Shown: piece by piece, positions 39,400-49,927 of the stretch
How positions within the stretch are numbered: position 1 is the stretch's first letter
Layout: every line of letters starts with the position of its first letter
Source: a virus
Virus record (IMG/VR): IMGVR_UViG_3300026097_000011
Location: 1 to 64,000 of that record
Length of the DNA: 64,000 nt
Strand: one strand, 5' to 3'
Position numbers and translations under genes: made by a program
The notes under the pieces: model-generated
The model's input: the letters and a program-made list of their open reading frames with translations, nothing else
Database searches by the model: none
Told to the model about the DNA's origin: nothing

Positions 39400-40532
39400 T
39401 GCCACATAATTTTACAGGGTTAAACCTCAAGCATGATAATTTTAGAAAAGGAATATATACGGATCCATATGATGAACCTACATATTTAACATTTGCGATA
39501 GATTTTAAATTTGAAGAAATACCTGTTCCTAATCCTACATCAGAAATAGGACTATCTAATAGTCCTTTATTTAATACAGGCGGACATTCAAGTGCTATTA
39601 ATTTCTTGATAAGTAGAGGATTTGATCCACAAGCAGATGGATTAGCAACATTTAGAGAAATATTAAGATACTTGACATATAAAGCACCTTGGTATTTCCA
39701 ATCAATTGGAGGACTAAGTGAAATGTATTCTCAAAATACAGATCAAAGTAAAGGATTTAAAACAAAGGATGTTGAGTTAAATATTAAAACATTAGAAGCA
39801 GTTGATTTACGCATCCATGAGTTAGCTGGATTATATAGAAATGCTATATTTGATAATAAATTCAGAAGAGAAAGAGTTCCAGATAACTTAAGGTGGTTTT
39901 CGATGGATGTGTATATTGCTGAATTTAGAAATTTAAGATATAGACTTCCAGGTATTTCACAAAATGTTGCTAATTCACTTGGTATAAATACTGGAGCAAT
40001 TGGTAATGTAGTAGGTGGTGGAAATTCATTTTCAAATGTAATGGAGCAATATGGATATGTTAAATTTGAATGCAGACAATGTGAATTTGACTTCTCAGAT
40101 ACACTACCTGTTGGAAGATCAATTGATATTGGAGGAAATGGAAGAAGGGCGGAGGAGAACGAATTCAAAATTAAAATAGGTTGGGTAAATGAAGAAGCTA
40201 AATTTGGAGATGGTAGTAAAATATATGATGATCCAATTAAAACTGACATTAAAAATCCATGGGGAAGTAGAAACGTCGGAGCAGGGGTTCAAAATGCAGG
40301 GAATTTCCTAAGTGGTCTACCTGTGATTGGTGAATCAATATCAAATGCTGGACAAAAAGCAATGAATGGACTTGCACAAATTGGAGGATTAATTAATCCT
40401 GCATTAGAAGCAGCAAGTAATTTCGTAGATAACCCAGTTGTAGACTTAGACGATTTATATAGAACAGGATATGAATCAAACGGAGATGAAAAGCCTAAGT
40501 GGAATAAACCAAATAGTGGAAACATTTACTAA
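39399..40532 (+). CDS. Putative tail tube-like/baseplate protein
   Basis: Operon context. Confidence 0.5.
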   Translation: MPHNFTGLNLKHDNFRKGIYTDPYDEPTYLTFAIDFKFEEIPVPNPTSEIGLSNSPLFNTGGHSSAINFLISRGFDPQADGLATFREILRYLTYKAPWYFQSIGGLSEMYSQNTDQSKGFKTKDVELNIKTLEAVDLRIHELAGLYRNAIFDNKFRRERVPDNLRWFSMDVYIAEFRNLRYRLPGISQNVANSLGINTGAIGNVVGGGNSFSNVMEQYGYVKFECRQCEFDFSDTLPVGRSIDIGGNGRRAEENEFKIKIGWVNEEAKFGDGSKIYDDPIKTDIKNPWGSRNVGAGVQNAGNFLSGLPVIGESISNAGQKAMNGLAQIGGLINPALEAASNFVDNPVVDLDDLYRTGYESNGDEKPKWNKPNSGNIY

Positions 40533-40552
40533 CAAAAACAGTATAAATTAAT

Positions 40553-41350
40553 ATGAGAGACAATACTGGAGAAACAAACAAGCGCGAAGAAGACTATTTA
40601 GATAAAGCATATCTAGGAATAGTTGAAGACCCAAATGATCCTAATAAAGAAGGTCGATGTAAGATTAGAGTGTTCGGATTACACGAAAAAGAAATAGAAA
40701 CAGAGGATTTACCATGGGCATATCCTAAACAAAAGTCAGCGTACTTTGGACAAGATGGACAGGGTGGATCTATTTCAATTCCAAAGAAAGATTCAGTAGT
40801 AGCAGTTATGTTTAATAATGGAAATCTATATTCTCCAGAATATTACACAATCCAGGAACTTGCAACTGATGTTAGAGAAGAACTAGCAAAAGAAGGAGAA
40901 TATTTAGGAACTCACATTGTCCTATTTGATGGAGACGAGGAACTTAAAATATGGTTCACAGTTGACAAGGGAATAACAATGCAACTTAAAGATTCTAGAA
41001 TTAATATCGGTCAAGATAGAGCAATAACAGTTGAACACGCAGATAGCTCTTCTTCTATAGAATTACGTGGAGGAGAAATTAATATAAACTCTAACAGTAC
41101 GATTAATTTAACATCAGGAAGTGAGATTGAAGCTGCGTCTAATGATGTATGGATCAATGGTAATTTTGTAACAGTAGGACATGGACCCGTTAAACAACCA
41201 GCTGTACTTGGAGATAATTTATTCTTATGCTTAACTCAATTAGCATCCGTAATAGATGCCAAGTATTATCCGACACCGGGTGTTGCTACTGGAATAGTTA
41301 ATGCTTATAAGTCTTTAGCATTATCTCAGACTGTAGAAATTTCAATGTAA
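40553..41350 (+). CDS. Baseplate central spike (gp5/VgrG OB-fold)
   Basis: GIVEDPNDPNKEGRCKIRVFGLH..LPWA; beta-helix-like C-terminus; no lysozyme domain. Confidence 0.88.
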   Translation: MRDNTGETNKREEDYLDKAYLGIVEDPNDPNKEGRCKIRVFGLHEKEIETEDLPWAYPKQKSAYFGQDGQGGSISIPKKDSVVAVMFNNGNLYSPEYYTIQELATDVREELAKEGEYLGTHIVLFDGDEELKIWFTVDKGITMQLKDSRINIGQDRAITVEHADSSSSIELRGGEININSNSTINLTSGSEIEAASNDVWINGNFVTVGHGPVKQPAVLGDNLFLCLTQLASVIDAKYYPTPGVATGIVNAYKSLALSQTVEISM

Positions 41351-41556
41351 ATTGAGTGTAATATAATCATGGAAGATTATATTTGGAAGATATTACATGT
41401 GCCAACTGGATTATTTTATTGTTCACGTAAAGGAAGATTGCCATAAAGCTAATATTAATAAAGCTCAAGTTGAAGCACACAATCTTGAAACATTTCCTGC
41501 ATCATTTGCGTTTAGTAGAGCAGTAACTAGTGATTTTAAGATTGTAAAATATAAGC

Positions 41557-42171
41557 TTATTTCTTGTACAGATTAGCTACATTCTCATATCTAACCATTT
41601 TATTTAGCATTGAATTTGGAGTAACGGATATCATATTATATCCAGTGGTTTTTAAATTACGAAAGTTATCAAACATTTTAATAAAGCGAGGATGATACCA
41701 ACCCCTGTCATGTTTATTCATTGCATTATGTTCCAATGTTTTCCAAAAATGACTTGGATAAGACCATTTTAGATTTATACCAGCCATGTAGAATACATAA
41801 TCACTCAATTTTCCAGGAAGAATCTGAGATCCTAGAATTCCTAATCCAGTTGATACTGAATCTGGAAATTGTCTTCTACTTTTTCTAGTATATTTTCGTA
41901 ACCAATGTGGAGTAGTTACTCCTTCTTTATTAATCCAATCACTTGAATAACATATACTATTAGCTACTAATTTGTTTTTATGAACATGATTTTCTTCTAA
42001 TTCTGTTAAAATATCTATATCGTGAAAGAAGTAATACGTTGGGTAGTGTTTTAACCATATTCTATTAACTCCAAATGTTTGAATTTTTGGATCAAGTCTA
42101 GAAAAATCAATATCGTTTATTGAAACTCCATTTCCAAGTACCAATATCTTTTTCTTAGTCATCAATTCCAT
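41557..42171 (-). CDS. Sialyltransferase-like protein (GT42/Maf DUF115-like)
   Basis: ILVLGNGVSINDIDFSRL..FGVNR resembles the CstII N-terminus. Confidence 0.65.
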   Translation of the reverse strand: MELMTKKKILVLGNGVSINDIDFSRLDPKIQTFGVNRIWLKHYPTYYFFHDIDILTELEENHVHKNKLVANSICYSSDWINKEGVTTPHWLRKYTRKSRRQFPDSVSTGLGILGSQILPGKLSDYVFYMAGINLKWSYPSHFWKTLEHNAMNKHDRGWYHPRFIKMFDNFRNLKTTGYNMISVTPNSMLNKMVRYENVANLYKK

Positions 42172-42292
42172 AGTTTTTTAAAACTATATCACTTGCTTCG
42201 TTTCTATATGGACTAATTATCATGAATTTATATGAGCAATACTTTTTATTCTTAGTTAACTCATCACAATTTAAACACTTATTTTTTGTCAT
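42155..42292 (-). pseudogene. Probable homing endonuclease N-terminal remnant
   Basis: Manual translation MTKNKCLNCDELTKNKKYCSYK..., 45 aa. Confidence 0.4.
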
Positions 42293-42311
42293 CTATAAAC
42301 AACTATTTAAG

Positions 42312-42611
42312 TTATTTATCCAAAAGAATATTTGCATTTTGAGCGAGATCATCAATAAAGAGGTCGAATATTGGTTTTCCAAATTTAAGTTCGTGATATT
42401 TTACTCCCCATCTTTTAAACTGACTAATTGTTACTTCTCTCCAGTCTACACCAGATCCAGTTCCACGTGCAGTCCAATATACAATAGTATCTCCTCTATC
42501 ATAATATGAATTAGCTTTTTTAATTGCTTCTGGTATTGGACGAGCCTTATCGTATTCTAACGTATTTGGCGAAGTACAAATAGTGTGATCAATGTCTATG
42601 TATATTATCAT
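42312..42611 (-). CDS. Small HAD-family phosphatase
   Basis: DIDHT, WTARG, KP..FIDD. Confidence 0.85.
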   Translation of the reverse strand: MIIYIDIDHTICTSPNTLEYDKARPIPEAIKKANSYYDRGDTIVYWTARGTGSGVDWREVTISQFKRWGVKYHELKFGKPIFDLFIDDLAQNANILLDK

Positions 42612-42910
42612 TCGAAATTAATGTTGTTTTCTTTTTTATATTTATCCCATGATTCAGCGTCCATTAGATCAGGAAATCTTCCTCCTTTATTACAAGATCG
42701 TTTAACATAGAATTTTCCAGGAAGTTCACATCCGCAATTTACACAATATCCATACTTAACACAATCATCCTTGCATTTTTCAGCTCTATACATTACCTGT
42801 TCACTTTCATGAACTGGAATAATATTAAGCCTGTCGCCTAACATTTTAATATTTCCTTCTATAAATTGCTGAATGGCATTTATTGTAATCTTAGGTTTTG
42901 GTTTTTTCAT
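42608..42910 (-). CDS. Cys-rich hypothetical protein
   Basis: C..C..CVNCGC..C. Confidence 0.7.
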   Translation of the reverse strand: MKKPKPKITINAIQQFIEGNIKMLGDRLNIIPVHESEQVMYRAEKCKDDCVKYGYCVNCGCELPGKFYVKRSCNKGGRFPDLMDAESWDKYKKENNINFE

Positions 42911-43761
42911 TTTCCTCTTAAAGATTTGCGTTTTTCTAATTCTGATCCCATCACTTCGCGTGGAGAATTTCCTCCCATTGCTTTTTCAATATCTCTGATT
43001 CCTTTCACAAGCTTCATAAGGCCACTCGGTTCCACTGACGAGCTTTGATCACTTCCCCAATTAGTTCTATCAAGAGTAATATGTCGTTCAACCCATGTTG
43101 CCCCAAGTGTCACGGCCGCCATTGTAGTTATAAGTCCATATTCATGTCCTGAATATCCAATCGATGTATCGTGGCCATATTTATTCTTAAGCCAAGTTAT
43201 ATACTCTAATCTCAATTCATCAACGTTAGACGGATAGCTTGAATTAGTATGCATAACGACATCAGGAGTTATTGCATTCATACATCTAGTAATTTCCTCT
43301 TCGGTACTCATTCCCGTACTAATTATTATATGATCAAAACTATCTCTAGCATATGAACATAAATCAATATCAGTAATTAAAGCAGAAGGAATTTTAGTAA
43401 TTTGGGGTTCTATTTCGCGCATGAATTCAACGGATTGTTTATCCCAAATTGATGCAAATAATCCTATTGATTTAGAAAAACAATAGTCTGCTAATTCTTT
43501 CCATTCTTCTTTGTTAAACTCAATATCATGTTTGTATTGAATATAAGTAGTTGGTTCAGTTCTCCATGGAACAATCTTTTTCAGATGTTTTTGCTGTTCT
43601 GGAACACAATGTTCAGGAGATCTCTTTTGAAATTTAACCCAATCACATCCAGCTACGACTGCCACATCAATTAGTTGCTTTGCTTGATTTAAAAAATTAG
43701 ACTTATCTGTTCCATAAGCATAATTCAGGCCCACCTCAGCCACAATTTTAGTTTTTTCCAT
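42907..43761 (-). CDS. neuB: N-acetylneuraminate/nonulosonate synthase (no C-terminal SAF domain)
   Basis: AEVGLN, VKFQKR, KIPS, ISTGMS, HTNSSYP, GYSGHE, ERHITLDR..GSDQ. Confidence 0.93.
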   Translation of the reverse strand: MEKTKIVAEVGLNYAYGTDKSNFLNQAKQLIDVAVVAGCDWVKFQKRSPEHCVPEQQKHLKKIVPWRTEPTTYIQYKHDIEFNKEEWKELADYCFSKSIGLFASIWDKQSVEFMREIEPQITKIPSALITDIDLCSYARDSFDHIIISTGMSTEEEITRCMNAITPDVVMHTNSSYPSNVDELRLEYITWLKNKYGHDTSIGYSGHEYGLITTMAAVTLGATWVERHITLDRTNWGSDQSSSVEPSGLMKLVKGIRDIEKAMGGNSPREVMGSELEKRKSLRGK

Positions 43762-43808
43762 AGTTCTTCTTTATATTTTTAATAACTTTATCAATATCAT
43801 CTATAATA

Positions 43809-44000
43809 TCACTTTCCCCATATCACAATGACATTATATCCTAGATCCTCTAAGTTAGAAACCCTAGGTTTATCATTATCCCATATTTCCGACGCAGTTA
43901 ATAGCAAATTAAAATTAAATTCATCAGTTGATTCATACATTTTAGGATTCGCGTGCCAATAATTACCAAATATTTCAATAATTATCTCTGTGTTCTCCAT
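43809..44000 (-). pseudogene. C-terminal fragment of a Vsr/DUF559-type endonuclease
   Basis: IIEIFGNYWH..D..R..LGYNVIVIW; N-terminal half missing. Confidence 0.65.
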
Positions 44001-44824
44001 TTTTTATAAGGTATATTAAACTGATTTGGTACTGTTACTAATTTAACAGAAGGAGTTCCAGGAAATATAATTTTCTCAAAACTAAATTCATCAGTTGATT
44101 CGTTTACTGATTTTATATTACTAATTAATTGTTTGGTTTTACCTCGATTGAATATACTCCTAGTTGTTGATTCATATTTTAACAGCAAATTCTTTCTCAC
44201 TGTTTCCATATGGTGCATTTTAATTTCAGAATGAGTGAATTGATAAAAGCTAGTTTTAGGACCAGTATTTGATATTCCTCTAGTTGGGTCACATCTTGAA
44301 AAGAATCTCTTATCCATTTTACAAGTTGGATTTATTCTACATATAAATGGAACAGTGCTTCCATCCATTCCTCTATGTCTAGTTGGAATATTTACATAAT
44401 TAATAAATTTAACTGAGGTTGCCGTTAGATTTTTATCTTTGATTATTTTCTTTGCCTTTACGAATTCCTCAGTTATGTAGAATTCATCTACGTCCATGCA
44501 TAGAAAGTGAGTACATTTTTCTCTAAGGCACATGTCCAATCCGGCTTGTCGTTTCTTACGTTCATAACTCTTTGCAGTTACGATAGAATTGTTAGAAGTA
44601 TCTCTAAGCGGAGTGAACGCGGAAAAGAGTGAGAGCCGATCAATGAGACCGGCTCGCTCTAGTTTTTTCAATTCAGCCAAGTCTTCACTTGGTAATTTTT
44701 TACCAAACCATGATTGTTCTTGATATATTACATGAAGAAAATCTACATGCTTTCGAATCTGCTTGATTGAATGCTCAAGTAATTCAATTCCGTCAAATAC
44801 GATATATGATACTCCTAATTTCAT
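43982..44824 (-). CDS. GT-A fold glycosyltransferase (GT2-like)
   Basis: ERKKRQAGL..FLCMDVDEFY. Confidence 0.8.
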   Translation of the reverse strand: MKLGVSYIVFDGIELLEHSIKQIRKHVDFLHVIYQEQSWFGKKLPSEDLAELKKLERAGLIDRLSLFSAFTPLRDTSNNSIVTAKSYERKKRQAGLDMCLREKCTHFLCMDVDEFYITEEFVKAKKIIKDKNLTATSVKFINYVNIPTRHRGMDGSTVPFICRINPTCKMDKRFFSRCDPTRGISNTGPKTSFYQFTHSEIKMHHMETVRKNLLLKYESTTRSIFNRGKTKQLISNIKSVNESTDEFSFEKIIFPGTPSVKLVTVPNQFNIPYKKWRTQR

Positions 44825-45570
44825 TTAAATGGGCTTGTTTTTAATAGCTTCGCTAAGTTTATATTAAAATCGGTATTAATATCCGATACGATTTCATTGA
44901 AGCTTTCTCGAGTTGGTACTCTTGCTACATTGAATGTTCTGTTAATTGATGCGTAATAATCTCTGAATTTAAATCCATTTCCGATTACGTTCTTAGATAG
45001 CTCAATCCAAACTGACGGTACTTTATATGCATCAGCAATCACTAACCCATGTAAGCTACTTGACATTATCGTTTCACATTCAAGAATTTGATCAACAAAA
45101 TTCTCTACACTTTTATCCTTCACGTTTATAACTTTAATATTTGGATTGTGTCTACAGTAATTAATAAATTCTGTGTCTTTATCTACATAGTGAGGAACTA
45201 CTCCGATTTTATATTTCTTCTCAATATTCGGCGAGTATACTTTAGGTAATAATAAACCTGGATCTCCGTATATTTCTGGACATGATATCTTATTCTTTAA
45301 AAGCAGATCTCTTGTTAGTGGTCCTCGAACAGCAAGGATCTTTGGATTCTTATGTCTGAGGTTTAGGTTTCCAGAAATTGAACCTGATCCCCACACTATC
45401 GTATTAGAATCAGCCCTTCCAATAATTGATCCAGTTGATAAGTATTTAGCATGTTTTGAATTTGCATCAATCCATTCATAGTCAACTTTAAAAAGATTGT
45501 CTAATAAATATGGAGTAATTAAATCTCCAACGTTTATGATTTTATTAAACCAATATGTTTTATATTTCAT
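44821..45570 (-). CDS. Polysaccharide pyruvyl transferase family protein
   Basis: NVGD, VWGSG, AVRGPLT, GDPGLL, SSSLHG, FKFRDY. Confidence 0.9.
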   Translation of the reverse strand: MKYKTYWFNKIINVGDLITPYLLDNLFKVDYEWIDANSKHAKYLSTGSIIGRADSNTIVWGSGSISGNLNLRHKNPKILAVRGPLTRDLLLKNKISCPEIYGDPGLLLPKVYSPNIEKKYKIGVVPHYVDKDTEFINYCRHNPNIKVINVKDKSVENFVDQILECETIMSSSLHGLVIADAYKVPSVWIELSKNVIGNGFKFRDYYASINRTFNVARVPTRESFNEIVSDINTDFNINLAKLLKTSPFK

Positions 45571-46111
45571 TCTTACTAAATTTGTATATATGTTGATGAA
45601 TTTTGTATTCGTTTCCATTCGGCGTAATATACGTTTTCTTCCATGGAATACACTTCTCAAGTTTCATATCTGCATCACTAAATAATTTGATGAATTCATG
45701 ATTTGTGTATGAATTCATCCATCCATGTAGATCTCTATTTTCTGGATATTCATTAAGTGTGGAGTACGATACCACTATGTTAGCACATCTATTTGAGATG
45801 TATTTAATTTTGGCTGGAAGATTCGTGATGTATTCCAATACTCCACTAAATATCGCATAATCATAATCCCCAAAGTCAACCATCTTAGGGGCATTTAAAT
45901 CGTATTGAATATACTCAATATCTCCCTTGTTTACAAAATCGGTTATTGTACATTTATTAGAATCAGGCAAATAATTTGAAACAGGATTAATTCCAGCCCC
46001 AAATTCAATGACTGTTTTATTTGGCTCAATTAGAGATGCTAGCAACTCAGTACGTGGATTCCAAGTTTCATTATAACTCTCTATATTTGACCATCTATCC
46101 ATGTCTGACAT
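45560..46111 (-). CDS. SAM-dependent methyltransferase
   Basis: VIEFGAG, DLN, SGVLEY. Confidence 0.85.
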   Translation of the reverse strand: MSDMDRWSNIESYNETWNPRTELLASLIEPNKTVIEFGAGINPVSNYLPDSNKCTITDFVNKGDIEYIQYDLNAPKMVDFGDYDYAIFSGVLEYITNLPAKIKYISNRCANIVVSYSTLNEYPENRDLHGWMNSYTNHEFIKLFSDADMKLEKCIPWKKTYITPNGNEYKIHQHIYKFSKNEI

Positions 46112-46113
46112 AA

Positions 46114-46929
46114 TTATTGTTTTTTGAGTGGACATGATCTAACTAATAAATCTAGATCTATTTGAGACATGTCGTGGATGAATGTTGAATCAATCATAGT
46201 TGATATCGTCAGATCAGGACTATATTTAATTGGGTTGTATTTTGGTATAGTTGATTCCATAATAAGTGGATCAAATGTTCTATGTACCTCAGGATCAAGT
46301 GATGCTAGAAAATCATAAAACTTAATATCATCGCCATTTATTCGATCTGAATATTTTAACCATCTAGTTGGAACTCCGTACGCAGCAGATGTTATGATTC
46401 CATGTAACGATGTAGATACAGTGCGTTCACATTCAAGAATATCATCAACTACTTTTTCAATATTGTTAGTTCTAAGGTCAATGATCTTTACTCCTTCCTT
46501 TCCGTCATATATCTTCTTCATCTCAAGGTATTCACTAACATGAGGAATTATTCCAAGAATATATTTCTTAGCTTTATTAGGAAAATAATATCTTGGTAAT
46601 AATAAACCAGGATCTCCGTATACCCTTGGACATTCAAATCCCATGCGTAATAATTGATCTCGTGAGAATGGTCCACGAACTGCATGATATTCTTTTGCTC
46701 TTGTAAAATCAGATTGATCAATGTTTCTTATACCGGATCCCCATACATCAGTATTTGGAGATGATAGTCTCATTATACTCCCAACTGATATTAATATATC
46801 TTTGTCCTTTTTGATGTTACATGGATTAGGATGTTTGATTCCAAACATTTTATCAAATAACCATGGTGGAATTTCATCCCCAAAATTATGTTCACGTCCT
46901 CTCCACCACCATAAATTAAAATTCTTCAT
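46114..46929 (-). CDS. Polysaccharide pyruvyl transferase family protein (paralog)
   Basis: NFGD, VWGSG, AVRGP, GDPGLL, STSLHG, KFYDF. Confidence 0.9.
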   Translation of the reverse strand: MKNFNLWWWRGREHNFGDEIPPWLFDKMFGIKHPNPCNIKKDKDILISVGSIMRLSSPNTDVWGSGIRNIDQSDFTRAKEYHAVRGPFSRDQLLRMGFECPRVYGDPGLLLPRYYFPNKAKKYILGIIPHVSEYLEMKKIYDGKEGVKIIDLRTNNIEKVVDDILECERTVSTSLHGIITSAAYGVPTRWLKYSDRINGDDIKFYDFLASLDPEVHRTFDPLIMESTIPKYNPIKYSPDLTISTMIDSTFIHDMSQIDLDLLVRSCPLKKQ

Positions 46930-48626
46930 TACTTAATTGTTTTTTTGAAATTGATCCACTTGTTTAAATAGTAAGTAGTAACAGGGCCGGTTAATAGTTT
47001 CTCTGCCCATGGTTTACCTTTCCCATAATGGATAATAATTGGTTCTACACTTGGAATAGACCTTTGTCTATAAAAGTGATAATCGTTATATCGTTTGTCT
47101 AAATACATTAGTGGAATTTCATCGAATATTGACAGTACTAATGAGAATAGTGAATCGTCTCCCTTTCTAGGGACTCCATTTTTCATACTGTGTGAAAACA
47201 CTCTATGTACTTTATCTGAGAACTTAGTTTCATGACAATATTTATTGTTGAATACTAGTACTCCAGTATTTATGGATTGTGCATTAAGCCCTTTGTTTGT
47301 AATTTTAAATAGCTTCTTAAGCTGGGGTAATTGTTTGATGTTAACTAGAAACTTTTTAACGGTTGCTCCTCTATCAACACCTGCGATTCCAGTAACGTCT
47401 TGAAGCCATGTCATATTTAAAGGTAGATTGCAATATGTATCTGAATCTACTCCAATTGAATGTGAATATCCAAGATTGTATAAAACAGCTGGACAATCGA
47501 ATATCCAGAAGCACTCAGATGGATAAGGATATCCTGTCGGAATTTTATACTTCTCAGACAGATCCATTTCTATTAATTTTATATTATGCTTATGCAAGGT
47601 ATCTAAACTTTCTTGAGTAGCATCTTTACAAAAGATATAAAAATCTAAATTATCTTCTTTTGAATTTGCTCGATATGATTCAAAGCAAGTAATGGCATAT
47701 TTTATATATGCGTTATTTAATGTTGTAAATACTGCTACTCTATCGGATAATTTTGTATTTCTGATATTGTCCTTTCCAAATTCAGCAACTAAATCAATTC
47801 TCTTTGCTCCTTTTGGTAAAACTGGAGCTTTTATCCTAGATGTGCGAATCTTAGATGGAGTTTTCATCTTATTTAAGCGAGTCATATGTTGATTTAAGTA
47901 TATTTGAACTCTCGAATACTTAGCATCAGACAATATTGATATAGGAATGTGTATTGCTGAAATTGCCTTTGAATATCTTACAAAATTGCTGTATCTATTA
48001 TTTGGAAAGGCAGATGACTCAACTAAAACATTGCCACTTAACTTATTCACATTAAATCTAGTTGAAACATGATCAGTTAGATACTTATCAGTGCCATTTA
48101 GCACATTTGCAATTAAATCGCCATATAAGTCATCAAATATTTCATCACTTATGTTACATTCAGGAACATACATTAGTGTTGCAGTTAAACCCGTTCCTGG
48201 ATTTGGAAACGATTCAGATGTCGATGATAATGAGACTGCGTCGTCAGTAATTATATCAGATAACTGAGATAATACAATAACTTTATTCGACATATAGATA
48301 TTTCCTCTTGATTTGATCTTAAATGCATATATTTTAAGATAGTCGTAAATGTCTTCGTAATATTTGCGCCTTTCAACCTTTGCTTTTAATTCAGATATCT
48401 CAGAATCTGGAATTACTGCGATTTGAATATCATCATATATCAAATTAAGCATATTTGTATTATGTGCACTTAGTGGATTCGATTCTAATGTTAAAATAAC
48501 AATTGTACCATCAAACCAGTCGTTTTTCTCAATGAACGTTGCCAATGCTACTCGAACATAGTGAAATATCTTATTGTTGCATTCGCTTATTAAGCAAATA
48601 TTATCTATGTCAGTTAAGTTATTCAT
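46929..48626 (-). CDS. GT8-like glycosyltransferase with degenerate N-terminal GT-like domain
   Basis: VDSD, INTGVLVFN, GDDSLF, YN, IIHYGKGKPW. Confidence 0.8.
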   Translation of the reverse strand: MNNLTDIDNICLISECNNKIFHYVRVALATFIEKNDWFDGTIVILTLESNPLSAHNTNMLNLIYDDIQIAVIPDSEISELKAKVERRKYYEDIYDYLKIYAFKIKSRGNIYMSNKVIVLSQLSDIITDDAVSLSSTSESFPNPGTGLTATLMYVPECNISDEIFDDLYGDLIANVLNGTDKYLTDHVSTRFNVNKLSGNVLVESSAFPNNRYSNFVRYSKAISAIHIPISILSDAKYSRVQIYLNQHMTRLNKMKTPSKIRTSRIKAPVLPKGAKRIDLVAEFGKDNIRNTKLSDRVAVFTTLNNAYIKYAITCFESYRANSKEDNLDFYIFCKDATQESLDTLHKHNIKLIEMDLSEKYKIPTGYPYPSECFWIFDCPAVLYNLGYSHSIGVDSDTYCNLPLNMTWLQDVTGIAGVDRGATVKKFLVNIKQLPQLKKLFKITNKGLNAQSINTGVLVFNNKYCHETKFSDKVHRVFSHSMKNGVPRKGDDSLFSLVLSIFDEIPLMYLDKRYNDYHFYRQRSIPSVEPIIIHYGKGKPWAEKLLTGPVTTYYLNKWINFKKTIK

Positions 48627-49248
48627 CTAATTTGTCTAAATCTTGTTGAGTATCAACATCAATTATATTATTTTGAATCTCCATGAACATCGTATCTCGA
48701 TGATAGAGATTATCGTTTAATTTATTTAATACAGAAGGTCTAAATATAGATATGAAATGACTGATCTCAAAACATTTAGGATAATCTTGTCTTCTATATA
48801 AGTCATGATAGAATAATTGTGATCCTTTATTATTGTCTTCCTCTTTCATCATTAGAAATGGTGAAGTATCTAATTCCTTTTTACACAGCATTGAATGAGC
48901 GTTGTTGTCCCATACAAACTTACGTGCCTTCATAACATCTTCCCATGTTCTTTCAGGATACGTTAGATATAGCATCACAACGTCTGCATATTCTCCAATA
49001 TTTGTTTCTTTAACGAAATATTGCATTACCTCTTTAATTGAAGTTTCATCAGTTGATATTTCATTAGGTCTAATTACAACATTAAAGTTATATGATTCAG
49101 CCATTGTAGCTATTTCCATATCATCAGTTATTACATATACTAAATCTGCCATATCAATTGGAATAATATCCGCAGTATATTTAAATAGTTTTCTATTTTT
49201 AAATGGGAGACCCTTAGATCCCTTTCTAGCCGGTATTGCTATTATCAT
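48619..49248 (-). CDS. neuA: CMP-nonulosonate synthetase (acylneuraminate cytidylyltransferase)
   Basis: IPARKGSKGLPFKN, RP, TYPER, RRQD, IDVDT. Confidence 0.92.
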   Translation of the reverse strand: MIIAIPARKGSKGLPFKNRKLFKYTADIIPIDMADLVYVITDDMEIATMAESYNFNVVIRPNEISTDETSIKEVMQYFVKETNIGEYADVVMLYLTYPERTWEDVMKARKFVWDNNAHSMLCKKELDTSPFLMMKEEDNNKGSQLFYHDLYRRQDYPKCFEISHFISIFRPSVLNKLNDNLYHRDTMFMEIQNNIIDVDTQQDLDKLDE

Positions 49249-49859
49249 AGTTCCTTAAATTTTTCTATACTAATGTGCGGTACAACGTTAATTTTACTTT
49301 CCTTACTTAGATTATATAATTCTACTCCTCTTTGATCTAGTGCATTTTTCAAATGCTCATATCCCCATAATAAATCTGGAAGATATCTCATTCTAGCTAG
49401 TGAATGAGCACCGTCCTTGGGTGAATAGAAATGTCCATCTGTAAAATCTACACCTATTATTCCTATCTTTTTTGCTCCTAGTTTATATGCTACATTAATC
49501 GCAGTATATGGAGAGTTTAAGAAGTGATCCACCTTCGAGGGATCATCTAAATGAGAAGATCCTTTTGCTCCTAAATCAAAATGAATTATTCTAGGGTGCC
49601 TCCATCCACCGACACATGTAAGTAAGTATTTATAGTCAGTTTCATTTATCCACTTTTTTCTCTTATCATTAAATCTATTTGGATGATCAGTTACTAAATT
49701 GTAATTAGGTTTAAATAGAGAAGGTACATCATTCACTCCAATAGTTATAAAATCTTTATAATGTGGTTCAAATTCTTTAAGTGACATCCCACATCCACAT
49801 ACTACTATTTTTTCACCCTCGTGAATATTATGAAAGTCTATAAATTTCTTTGGCAACAT
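49245..49859 (-). CDS. Second sialyltransferase-like protein (GT42/Maf DUF115-like)
   Basis: [36 protein letters not shown]. Confidence 0.65.
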   Translation of the reverse strand: MLPKKFIDFHNIHEGEKIVVCGCGMSLKEFEPHYKDFITIGVNDVPSLFKPNYNLVTDHPNRFNDKRKKWINETDYKYLLTCVGGWRHPRIIHFDLGAKGSSHLDDPSKVDHFLNSPYTAINVAYKLGAKKIGIIGVDFTDGHFYSPKDGAHSLARMRYLPDLLWGYEHLKNALDQRGVELYNLSKESKINVVPHISIEKFKEL

Positions 49860-49927
49860 ATGTCGATTATTTTAAAACCATTGATATAATATTATATACA
49901 ATATTAAATAACTATAGTTTAACTATT

